Assembly: GCA_938003875.1 (NCBI GenBank)
Contig: CALKWO010000414.1
Span: 8,565-72,564, forward strand
Reading direction: 5' to 3'
DNA: 64,000 bases
From: an uncultured bacterium
GTDB lineage: Bacteria > Planctomycetota > Uabimicrobiia > Uabimicrobiales > JABWCH01
Shown: positions 18,237-26,686 of the stretch, one piece after another
How the letters are laid out: each line of letters begins with the position of its first letter
How positions within the stretch are numbered: position 1 is the first letter of the stretch
The notes under the pieces: generated by a model
Told to the model about the DNA's origin: nothing
Databases searched by the model: none
What the model saw: the letters and a program-made list of their open reading frames with translations, nothing else
Made by a program: the position numbers and the translations under genes

Positions 18237-19495
18237 TAGTGAAGATTTTTCGCAGCAATAACGCTTAACCCTTGTTTGGTAAGCTCTTGTGCTGTATGAT
18301 TAAGAGCATCATGTTTATCCAGATAATTTTGCAGCATGGCATGGAATAAACCTTTAGCTTTGACATCTTCTAAAGGCATAAAATAATCCAGTATATCAGA
18401 TGGGTGTTCTCTCTGTTTTTCTATTTCTACCAGCCCGCCTTCATGCTTTGCGCTGATATTTTTTACTTTGGGCGCAATTTCTACCAGCTCCTGAGTTCTA
18501 TCATAAGGCTGACGAACAATGCTCTTATATGTTTCTACAATATGATGTTCAAATCTGACCATATCCTCCAAATTCAAAGATTTTCTAATCATAGCAGACA
18601 ATTCTATGCTTTGGTTGTTTATAGAATTAGAAAAATTGAAGCCAATCAGAGGTGTACTTCCATCTTCTCTGCTAAAAAGCTTAGCTGTCATCAATGTCCA
18701 CAGCACGGAATAGGGATTGTCATTTCCCATAAATACAGAAATCTTGAATTCATTGCTTATACCCAGGCGATGGATCAAATAGCCGACAAGAACTGTGCCT
18801 GGATTGATATTCAAAACCTGGCGTATTCCATAGTTTGTATAGTAATACAAAAATTCATCCAGCCATTTTAGAGCATATTCATTGGGCTGACCCACTCCAC
18901 CAAAATAGCCTGTAATGGTTTCTGGACCACCTAAATGAACGTTGGAGCCGTCTGTTCCTCTCGTATCCAGACTTTCGACAAAGCTGGCTCCGACAATATT
19001 CATAGCAGCACCCATTGCTATCAACTCGCCCTGGTTTTTCTCTTGTTCTTTCATATTACGAACGCGAATGTACCTGCCTGGCATGAGTTCCTGGTTGTCA
19101 ATCGCTTTTTTAGCCTCTTCTATTAAAAAAGAAAAATACTGGCAAGAACTGATTTCCAAAGTAACAGCATAATCTTCTTTTACGAAAGCAACATCCTTTG
19201 TTCCTAAAGTTTTCTTGCGATATTCCGACATAGAAATAAAAGCTTTTTTTTCCTTCATTTCTGAAAGCCATTCTAAGTCCTTGATATAAGGAGAAGAAAT
19301 CTCTTTTAGTCTCTGCATTTGTGTAGAGAACAACGCTGAATTTTGCGCTTTTTGGTTGATTTCTTCAACACTGCCATATTTTCCAATGATGTCCAGAATA
19401 TCAGAAATAATCTTATTGTCAGGATTGCATAAAAAAGAATTGATCTCTTCTAAAGTTTTAGGGGAAATTGCCAGACGATCTCGCAAATTTGACAT
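18236..19495 (-). CDS. Conserved hypothetical protein (no family recognised)
   Basis: ATG at 19495 preceded by GGAGG; the ORF extends to 19561. 419 aa with no TM helices and no motif I can name. Confidence 0.7.
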   Translation of the reverse strand: MSNLRDRLAISPKTLEEINSFLCNPDNKIISDILDIIGKYGSVEEINQKAQNSALFSTQMQRLKEISSPYIKDLEWLSEMKEKKAFISMSEYRKKTLGTKDVAFVKEDYAVTLEISSCQYFSFLIEEAKKAIDNQELMPGRYIRVRNMKEQEKNQGELIAMGAAMNIVGASFVESLDTRGTDGSNVHLGGPETITGYFGGVGQPNEYALKWLDEFLYYYTNYGIRQVLNINPGTVLVGYLIHRLGISNEFKISVFMGNDNPYSVLWTLMTAKLFSREDGSTPLIGFNFSNSINNQSIELSAMIRKSLNLEDMVRFEHHIVETYKSIVRQPYDRTQELVEIAPKVKNISAKHEGGLVEIEKQREHPSDILDYFMPLEDVKAKGLFHAMLQNYLDKHDALNHTAQELTKQGLSVIAAKNLH

Positions 19496-19702
19496 GATAA
19501 ACCTCCGCAGAATTGTGTTAGTGTCAAAAAATCGTTTACAATATATTCCATAGTATAACAAAAAAATAAGTTACAAAAAAGAAAAAACTATCTATCATTG
19601 TATGTTTTAAAGCTTCCAGCCATTTTGATATTCCATCTCTTAATTCTAATATCATCAAAAAATCAAGCTCATTCTCCATCTACGTTCTATAGTTAGGATT
19701 CA

Positions 19703-19731
19703 TTGACGATATTTTAGTAATTTTTTATATT
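19703..19731 (+). promoter_or_regulatory. Candidate sigma70-type promoter upstream of the PARG-like gene
   Basis: TTGACG (19703-19708), 17-nt spacer, TATATT (19726-19731). This would give a ~130-nt leader. Confidence 0.4.
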
Positions 19732-19866
19732 CTTCCTATTGTGCCAGGGGACAATTTCTAGTACACTATCTATATATATGAAATTAGGAATCGGAATTAA
19801 ATAAGTTCTCCTTAATTTAGGGAGACACAGAAGAAAGTTTTATTTTGTAAAATAGAAAGTTTTGCT

Positions 19867-20706
19867 ATGTCATCTAAAAATACAGCTAAAGAAACTTTAT
19901 TGATTTTGGAAAAAGGAGGATTTATAAATCCTTCTGGAACATGGATTGACTTGAAAAACGAGTTGAAAAATGCCGTTGACAACACCCTTTTGTATACGCC
20001 TGATCATTTGGCCAACCTTTTAAGACGGTCGTCAGGAAAAGGCAAATCTTGTATAAAATTCGAAGTCTCTTCCGAAACAACGCAAGCCTCAGCGCACAGG
20101 CTTGTGACAAAAGAAAAAGTTAGTGACCTCGTGCTGCTCAATTTTGCATCCGCCCGCAATGTCGGAGGCGGATTCCTCAACGGTGCTAAAGCGCAGGAAG
20201 AAGATTTAGCAAGATGTTCAGGGCTTTACTCTTGTTTGCTCACTCAGCCAGAATATTATGAAGCAAACCGCAGGCAAACTTCTCTTCTATACACGGATCA
20301 CATTATCTACAGCCCTAATGTACCATGGTTCAGAATCAACAGCCATGATGCGCCAGATCAACTTTTTCTTGCCTCAGTGATAACAGCTCCAGCCCCTAAT
20401 GCAGGACAATTTTTACTTCAGAAACAAGGCAATCCTTCACAAATCGAAAAATGCTTAAAAAGACGATGTGGAATGATCCTGGCTGTAGCGAAAGAAAACA
20501 ACCATCGTAATCTTCTCCTAGGAGCTTGGGGATGTGGTGTTTTCCGCAACGATCCGGACACGGTTGCCGATGCATTTGCAGGATGGCTAGAGTCTGATTT
20601 TTCAGATGACTTTGACAGAGTGGTTTTTGCTGTATACGAAAATTCAGATCACGGAAATAACAGGAAAGCATTCCATAATAGATTTCCAGGGAAACTGCTT
20701 GAATAG
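19867..20706 (+). CDS. Microbial-type poly(ADP-ribose) glycohydrolase-like macrodomain protein (DUF2263 / TIGR02452)
   Basis: PARG signature GGG-X7-QEE is present as GGGFLNGAKAQEE (20164-20202). Context NFASARNVGGG ... LLGAWGCGVF is typical of the family. Confidence 0.75.
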   Translation: MSSKNTAKETLLILEKGGFINPSGTWIDLKNELKNAVDNTLLYTPDHLANLLRRSSGKGKSCIKFEVSSETTQASAHRLVTKEKVSDLVLLNFASARNVGGGFLNGAKAQEEDLARCSGLYSCLLTQPEYYEANRRQTSLLYTDHIIYSPNVPWFRINSHDAPDQLFLASVITAPAPNAGQFLLQKQGNPSQIEKCLKRRCGMILAVAKENNHRNLLLGAWGCGVFRNDPDTVADAFAGWLESDFSDDFDRVVFAVYENSDHGNNRKAFHNRFPGKLLE

Positions 20707-20792
20707 ATTGTAGCCGCAAGGTTGCGCTGAAAAAAGCCCTGTCTTCTCAAAAGCCGAACGCCAGCGCAATCCCTGCGTCTTCGTTCAATACC
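20707..20792 (+). repeat. REP/MITE-like element, family GCAGGGTTGCGC...GCGCAATCCCTGC (copy 1)
   Basis: ATTGTAGCCGCAAGGTTGCGCTGAAAAA...CCAGCGCAATCCCTGCGTCTTCG begins directly after the stop codon at 20704-20706. The terminal segments are imperfectly inverted. Confidence 0.85.
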
Positions 20793-20867
20793 CAAGTGAA
20801 ATCTCGTGCAAAAGTGTAAAGATTTTTCGCCGCAGAGACGCGGAGAACGCAGCGGTAAATTTTTTTC
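20793..20867. repeat. Word-built hairpin element, truncated copy (word CGCAGAG)
   Basis: 20793-20852 matches 15594-15653 at 56 of 60 positions by my own alignment. The loop and right arm are missing, and it ends in GCGGTAAATTTTTTT. Confidence 0.85.
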
Positions 20868-20888
20868 TTATTGAAAATTTATAACTTT

Positions 20889-22787
20889 ATGAAAAAAATA
20901 CTTTTTAGCTTATTCATGATGGTATATCTTGTCTTTAGTTTGGGAGAGATAAAAGAGAGAGGAAAGGAAGAGATATACCAGATACAGGATGGTTATTCTT
21001 TTAAACTATACGCCGAAAGCCAGCAAAGAGATACCTGGACAAAGATTGTTGCTGTCCAAAGAAAGAATGCCTTGCCTTTTTTGCTTTACTATGATAGCAA
21101 GGCTGGAGAATTGCTGGTGAAAGAGGATTGTAAATCCAGGAAAGAAGAGTCTGTTTTCCCCTCTCGCAATACATGGAAAGATATCCTTGCATTGGATATA
21201 GATGGGGATGGAAACGAAGAACTCTTTTTTTATGACCCTTCTGGAGGCGATAAGGCAGGATATGCAGAGCTATATTCTCTTGCAGAAGGCTTTTCCAAAA
21301 GAAAGCTTCTTGGTAAATGGTATGACTGGAACAACCGATGGAAAACCTTTACCATTATAGATTTGGGACTGGATCAAAAAAAGGAGCTTTTGCGATATGA
21401 TGACCAGGAATCCCAGGCAGACATTGTCCGATTTTTGCCTTGCAAGCAGGAAGGCTATAATGCGAAAATCCTGAATACCTTCTCAGATTGGAGAGGAACA
21501 TGGAAGTCTATAATTTCCGTATCTATTGAATATAGTGCTTATAGAGAAGGCATTCTTTTGTACGATCCCTATGTCGGGGAATGGGAGCTTTTAGCCATCC
21601 AGGATTCTCAGCAGGAACCTTTTGTAAGCATATCAACTTTCAAAACCAGAAAGGGCTGGAAAGAAATCGTATCTGGCAACTTTGGGGCTGGTAATATTCT
21701 TTTGTATGACGCTATATCAGGGGAAGCGGAAATCTATGCTCTGGAAGGAAAAGAGCTTTCCCTAAAGAAAAAAATTTCCACAAAAAAAACTTGGAAAAGC
21801 ATAGTGCCCTATGCCATGGCAGAACAGGATGCTCTGCTGTTTTACGAGAGCGCAAACTATAGCGATATATGTCTTCCTACTTACGATGGAACCAACCAGG
21901 CTTTGCATCCTGATGTTTTCCTGGATAAAGATGGCTATTATAAAATGGTTTTTACTCCTTATCCTTACTGCAACGATTTTTTGGAAAACCCAAGTGTCTT
22001 GCGAAGCAAAGATGGCTTTGTTTTTGAACCCATCCCTGTAAAGCAGAACCTCACTCCTCTCATGGATACACCCTCTTTAGAAGGAACCCCTTACACCTAT
22101 TCCTACAACAACGATCCTGATTTCTTTCGCTACGAAGATAAATACTATATGGTTTACAATGAAACCAAAACCAGCGAAACTGCTATGCTACAGAAAGTCT
22201 ACCTCATGGTCTATGATCTGGAATGGAAACAGATTCATAGCTGGGTTCTCCAGGAACAAAAGAGCTTTGATGTAGCCTGGTTTTCTCCTTCTTTTGTTCT
22301 TTTGGACAAAGAAGTCATGCTTTTCTATGTCAGAAAAAGCAACGATACCTGTGTTCATGGTATTTTTTTTAGAAAATCCTCTATCCAAGATATCCAAAAC
22401 ATAGCACAAAAAGAAGAACATGCTGTTCTCTTGAAGAAAGAAGCTCCCTTTAGTTCCTGGCACATCAATGCATTGCATAATCCCTTCAACCAAAAAATAT
22501 ATCTTCTGATTGCAGGGAAATTCCAGGGCGCAAACCCAGGCGACTATTTTCCCTCTCTCTCGAATTTTGACCTCTTTATGGCCAGAAGCAATGCGAATGA
22601 TTATACCACCTTTGATCTAAATCCGACTCCCGTGCTTCAACGCTTTGTTTTTCCCTGCACCAATGTCTATAGGCCAGCGTTTCTGTTTACAAGCCAGGAT
22701 AGAATTACCTTATGGTGTTCTTTTATGCGAAGCAGGGAAACAGGAATCGCCCTTTTCCAGGAAATCCCTATAGAAACTAAGAAGTAA
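20889..22787 (+). CDS. Secreted repeat protein: six FG-GAP/VCBS-like ~50-aa repeats plus a C-terminal beta-propeller glycosidase-like domain
   Basis: ATG 20889 (MKKILFSLFMMVYLVFSLG); the ORF opens at TTG 20871. The unit [TWK.I...D.DGD...LLFYD...G] is repeated six times (RDTWTKIV, RNTWKDIL..DIDGDGNEELFFYD, NRWKTFT, RGTWKSII, RKGWKEIV, KKTWKSIV). The C-terminal LHPDVF..GYYKMVFTPYPY..ENPSVLRSKDGFVFE resembles GH43-like folds; this is tentative. Confidence 0.7.
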   Translation: MKKILFSLFMMVYLVFSLGEIKERGKEEIYQIQDGYSFKLYAESQQRDTWTKIVAVQRKNALPFLLYYDSKAGELLVKEDCKSRKEESVFPSRNTWKDILALDIDGDGNEELFFYDPSGGDKAGYAELYSLAEGFSKRKLLGKWYDWNNRWKTFTIIDLGLDQKKELLRYDDQESQADIVRFLPCKQEGYNAKILNTFSDWRGTWKSIISVSIEYSAYREGILLYDPYVGEWELLAIQDSQQEPFVSISTFKTRKGWKEIVSGNFGAGNILLYDAISGEAEIYALEGKELSLKKKISTKKTWKSIVPYAMAEQDALLFYESANYSDICLPTYDGTNQALHPDVFLDKDGYYKMVFTPYPYCNDFLENPSVLRSKDGFVFEPIPVKQNLTPLMDTPSLEGTPYTYSYNNDPDFFRYEDKYYMVYNETKTSETAMLQKVYLMVYDLEWKQIHSWVLQEQKSFDVAWFSPSFVLLDKEVMLFYVRKSNDTCVHGIFFRKSSIQDIQNIAQKEEHAVLLKKEAPFSSWHINALHNPFNQKIYLLIAGKFQGANPGDYFPSLSNFDLFMARSNANDYTTFDLNPTPVLQRFVFPCTNVYRPAFLFTSQDRITLWCSFMRSRETGIALFQEIPIETKK

Positions 22788-22807
22788 GATGTTTGCCAAA
22801 AAAGCAA

Positions 22808-22903
22808 AGATTTTTATCACGAATAAGACGAATGGTCGAATGGCACGAATAGTTTTTATAAAAATTTCATTCGCGTAATTTGTATATTCGTCTCATTCGT
22901 GAT
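22808..22903. repeat. Word-built hairpin element (word CACGAAT)
   Basis: AAAGATTTTT flank. Left arm ATCACGAATAAGACGAATGGTCGAATGGCACGAAT (22816-22850), 18-nt loop, right arm ATTCGCGTAATTTGTATATTCGTCTCATTCGTGAT (22869-22903). Confidence 0.8.
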
Positions 22904-22933
22904 TAATACCTTTTTGGTTTCGGCTTGTCCGAG

Positions 22934-22956
22934 ATAGAGACTAACGGAATCGAATC
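22934..22956 (-). repeat. 23-nt exact repeat shared with 30451-30473
   Basis: ATAGAGACTAACGGAATCGAATC is the exact reverse complement of GATTCGATTCCGTTAGTCTCTAT at 30451-30473. A partial 12-nt match lies at 40354-40365. Confidence 0.9.
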
Positions 22957-22975
22957 TTTTTAAATGACCCATATC

Positions 22976-24109
22976 CTACTCTGGAGCTATTACTATAACC
23001 TCTGGTCCTGATACAAAAGTAGCAGGAGTAATGTTTTGAGGATTCGTCCCGTCAAGGTTTGCTCTATATAGACTACTATTGCCATAGTTTGTCCAGTACA
23101 TTTTATTATTATAAACATCCACTGCTATACCTGAAGGGTTATTGATGACAGAGGAAGAAGGGGTAACATTTTGAGGATTGGTAGCATCCCAATTGGCCCT
23201 ATATAACGATTTTGATGTATCTCCTTCTCTGTTAGTCCAATACATCTTCTGGTTGGTAAAATCCAATGCAATACTCCCAGGCCTGTTTACATAAGTGGCA
23301 GGAGTAATATTTTGAGGCTCTGTCCCATCCAAATTGGCCCTGTAAATACGATGATTGCCCCAATTCGTCCAGTACATTTTATTGTTGTTTATATCCAATT
23401 CTATTCCAAGAGGTGAAGATACCGATGCAACAGGAGTAATATTCTGAGGCACTGTACCATCCAAATTTGCTCTGTAGATTGTACTAGTATTGGAATTAAT
23501 CCAATACATTTTTTTATTATTGATATCTATTCTAATATAAACAGGGGAAGATACAGATGACGCAGGTGTGATATTCTCTGGATTGCTACCATCCAGATTG
23601 GCTCTATATATGGTATTATTTTGGGTATTGCTCCAATACATTTTTTTAGCTTCGAAATCCAATGCCAGTGCCCATGGCCTATTAACCGAAGAAGCAGGTG
23701 TAATATTTTCAGGATCACTACCATCCAAATTCGCTTTGCAGATGGTATTATTATCGTAGTTAGTCCAATATATTTTTACACTTGCTAACTTTAAGACAAT
23801 ATCCTTAGTATTTTCGGAAGGTTCCCAGGGCAATACCTTTATCGTAGACCTGTAAACAAGATAACCGTCTTTTACTGCCGTTATAGTTTGTAGGCCGATA
23901 GGGACATCTTGAATGATGTAACGACCATTGGCATCAGTAGTGTTGCTCAAAGAAGCTATTGTCACTACAACGCCTTCTATTGGAGCTCTTTCTCCATCAT
24001 CAACCAGCCCATATACAGTTCCCTTATTCATTTCAACTCCACTGTCCTCGCAGCTCACTAAGAATATTGTAATCCAAATACCAAAAACAAGAAAAGCCGA
24101 AAGTTTCAT
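22976..24109 (-). CDS. Lipoprotein with a carboxypeptidase-regulatory-like domain and a six-blade YWTD (LDL-receptor class B) beta-propeller
   Basis: ATG 24109 (MKLSAFLVFGIWITIFLVSC, lipobox). N-terminal GVVVTIASLSNTTDANGRYIIQDVP. Six repeats of KMYWTN..(N)..IYRANLDG..P.NITP. Confidence 0.8.
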   Translation of the reverse strand: MKLSAFLVFGIWITIFLVSCEDSGVEMNKGTVYGLVDDGERAPIEGVVVTIASLSNTTDANGRYIIQDVPIGLQTITAVKDGYLVYRSTIKVLPWEPSENTKDIVLKLASVKIYWTNYDNNTICKANLDGSDPENITPASSVNRPWALALDFEAKKMYWSNTQNNTIYRANLDGSNPENITPASSVSSPVYIRIDINNKKMYWINSNTSTIYRANLDGTVPQNITPVASVSSPLGIELDINNNKMYWTNWGNHRIYRANLDGTEPQNITPATYVNRPGSIALDFTNQKMYWTNREGDTSKSLYRANWDATNPQNVTPSSSVINNPSGIAVDVYNNKMYWTNYGNSSLYRANLDGTNPQNITPATFVSGPEVIVIAPE

Positions 24110-24503
24110 ACTTTTTTTCACTCCTAATATAAAAACAGTCCATTTAGACCAAGTAATCAAGCGAGAAGTCAAGCTTACAGAATGGTATATCCGCTTTCAA
24201 CAACTATATTTTAGGTTTTTACATTTGAAAAGTCTAGCAAAAACAATAGAGATGAAAATAATTATTTTGCTTGCTATAAAATCCGATTTTAGATCAGAAA
24301 TAGGCATTTTTAGAGAAACCCTGCGGCTCAATCCATTGCAAAACAAAAATTTTTAGACATCTGCCCACCTCCAGAGAACCTGATTTTTAAATGGAATAAA
24401 TTTTTTCCTTTTTATTTTTTTTGAGCTTTGCTAAAATATTTCTTTTGAGGTTGAAAATAATTTTTTTAATTTTTTAATAAAAAAATGTAAGGAGATAGCC
24501 AAT

Positions 24504-25244
24504 ATGCGCATAACTTATTTTCTTGTAATTATTATCGCTTTTTTACCTATTTTTGTCTATGCAGATTCTATATACATCATGCATAACAACTATACAATGA
24601 ATCATATCAATATTTTGACAAACTTAGGCTATCAAGTGACTAATGGTGGTACCACTACCTTGAGCAACTATTCTGCTTATAACCAGGTATGGGATCTGCG
24701 TTATGATACCAATCTCACTTCTACTGATGTTACTGCTTTCAATACATATCTCTCCAATGGAGGCCGATTATATCTAGGAGGAGAACAAAGAGCTTTCGAT
24801 AGTAGTAGAAACAACACCCTTATCCCTGCCATTGCCACGTTAGGAGGGGGGACGCTATCGGGACAAGCCAACATCCTTGCTCAAGTCTATTATCCTGTTA
24901 CCATGGCTGAACTAAAGACTCCTGCTCCTTGGACACAAATAAAATTCTACAACACTTCATCCTTTACCTCTCCAGGTACCGGTACTTTTGTTGTCGAAAC
25001 CTCTGTTGGCTCTGGAGTGGGGACTATTATAGCCTGGGATTTTGGCGATATACAGGGAAAAAGTAATGTAAGGATGATTGCTGGATTTGATATTGATATC
25101 TTTACTGCTGGCACAACCCAAGAAATCCAATATATGGTACAAAACTTTGCTGCCTATTTAGGGGCATCTGTACCCGTCCCAGAACCATCCTGTTTTTGGA
25201 TACTAGGCTTTTGCATTTTATTCTATTTCTTTAAGAAAATTTGA
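24504..25244 (+). CDS. PEP-CTERM sorting-domain protein
   Basis: AAGGAG RBS, signal peptide, and C-terminal VPVPEPSCFWILGFCILFYFFKKI. Confidence 0.8.
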   Translation: MRITYFLVIIIAFLPIFVYADSIYIMHNNYTMNHINILTNLGYQVTNGGTTTLSNYSAYNQVWDLRYDTNLTSTDVTAFNTYLSNGGRLYLGGEQRAFDSSRNNTLIPAIATLGGGTLSGQANILAQVYYPVTMAELKTPAPWTQIKFYNTSSFTSPGTGTFVVETSVGSGVGTIIAWDFGDIQGKSNVRMIAGFDIDIFTAGTTQEIQYMVQNFAAYLGASVPVPEPSCFWILGFCILFYFFKKI

Positions 25245-25247
25245 CGT

Positions 25248-25393
25248 TTGTGTAAAAAGTCCTGATAGATCTTTTTCGTTATCCTTATCATTATCGTTCT
25301 CTTTATCTAAATCCTTTATAATTAACAGGATGCTTTTCGATAACGAGAAAGAGAAAGATAACGATAACGACTATTAAAAGACTTTTTACACAA
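25248..25393. repeat. Word-built hairpin element (word CGTTATC / GATAACG) with a perfect outer stem
   Basis: Outer 14-bp stem TTGTGTAAAAAGTC (25248-25261) / GACTTTTTACACAA (25380-25393). Inner arms are 25276-25307 and 25339-25370. Confidence 0.85.
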
Positions 25394-25428
25394 GCCTCAA
25401 AAATTGAACAATTTTTTAGGAGAAATAA

Positions 25429-26190
25429 ATGGGCAAAATTTATTTTTTATTATTTTTTGTTTTATTGATAAAGCTGCCAGCAACACTTGTTGCACACTAT
25501 GATTTTAATGGTAATACAAATGATGCAGTTTATGCAAACAATGCTATTATCTATGGTTCACCCCAATTAACTTATGACAGATTTGGAAATGCAAATTCTG
25601 CTTACTATTTTAATGGAAATGGGGATTATTTACGCATTGCTAATTCAGCTCATATTAATTTTAGCCTCACCCAAAATTTTTCCGTTTCTTTCTGGGTAAA
25701 ACCAGACAATACACAGCCAACTACAGTAACTTCCAATATGATGCTAGAAAAATGGTCAGGAACAGAGGGATATCCTTTTGTTATAAGATATTTTAATCAA
25801 ACAAGTTCAAAAAATGGTCAAGTTTATGGTGCTAGATGGAATGGAAGCTCTCAGTCCAGTGTCACTTCTTCTGTAACCATCAATGATGGATTCTTTCACC
25901 ATATTGCTTTTATAAAAAATGGGAATAATGTAAGTCTTTATGTTGATGGTATTCTAGAAGGCACAAGCACTGATTTAACATCAGGAGATACAACCAATAC
26001 ATCAGACTTATATATTGCCTGCCGCGGTGGTGCATCTCCCTATTTTTTTGCAGGTGTTATAGACGATGTACAGATTTATAATCATGGACTTACCTTTTCT
26101 GAAATCCAGCAAATTGTTCCTGAAATTTCAAACATCTGGATGGGAATGATATGCTTTTTGGTTGTGTTTCTTTTAAAGAAAAGATATTGA
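25429..26190 (+). CDS. LamG-domain protein with a degenerate PEP-CTERM-like anchor
   Basis: LVAHYDFNGNTNDA, FSVSFWVKPD, HHIAFIKNGNNVSLYVDG, FAGVIDDVQIYNHGLT. C-terminus is IVPEISNIWMGMICFLVVFLLKKRY. Confidence 0.8.
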   Translation: MGKIYFLLFFVLLIKLPATLVAHYDFNGNTNDAVYANNAIIYGSPQLTYDRFGNANSAYYFNGNGDYLRIANSAHINFSLTQNFSVSFWVKPDNTQPTTVTSNMMLEKWSGTEGYPFVIRYFNQTSSKNGQVYGARWNGSSQSSVTSSVTINDGFFHHIAFIKNGNNVSLYVDGILEGTSTDLTSGDTTNTSDLYIACRGGASPYFFAGVIDDVQIYNHGLTFSEIQQIVPEISNIWMGMICFLVVFLLKKRY

Positions 26191-26311
26191 GATTCTAGTC
26201 AAAAAAAATAAAAAAAATAAATGGTAAGACACTATCTCAAGTTGTTTTTCTCTTAGGATTAAGAACAAGAGGCTCATTGACAAATATCTGAAAGGAATCC
26301 CATTACCTATC

Positions 26312-26443
26312 TTAAAAGTGACTTTTTTCTTTGATCAGGTGGCGCATATCGGATTCGTAGGTCTTGAGATCGAGAACCTCTCCGCTCGCCCTGCGGATTT
26401 CCTCCCGCAATTTTCCATAGAAATCCACTTTAGCCTGGATTTC
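26312..26443 (-). pseudogene. Relic fragment resembling the C-terminal region of a type I restriction enzyme R subunit (HsdR)
   Basis: A 43-codon open frame with no start codon, bounded by an in-frame TAG upstream: EIQAKVDFYGKLREEIRRASGEVLDLKTYESDMRHLIKEKSHF*. The ..Y(E)xDMRHLI.. motif recalls HsdR C-terminal domains. The fragment is visibly more GC-rich than its surroundings. Confidence 0.35.
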
Positions 26444-26455
26444 CTACGGAGTCTT

Positions 26456-26580
26456 GTGTAAAAACCCCTTAACTCAAAATTTAACTACAAAATTTTTTAC
26501 CACGAAGGGCACAAAGAAAAAATTTTAAGAACTATAGCCTTCCTGGTTTTCTTGGCCTTCGTGGTGCAAAATTTTTACAT
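26456..26580. repeat. Word-built hairpin element (word CACGAAG)
   Basis: GTGTAAAAACC flank. Arms ACCACGAAGGGCACAAAGAAAA (26499-26520) and TTTTCTTGGCCTTCGTGGT (26547-26565), then GCAAAATTTTTACAT. Confidence 0.75.
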
Positions 26581-26686
26581 TTTCAAATAAGCCTTTAGAA
26601 GGGCAAATTTCTCTCAGAGTTAAAGGGCGTTACTTTTGTCATTTTTTTTGCAGTCTGGCTCTCTTTAGTAAATTGGAAAATCTCCT

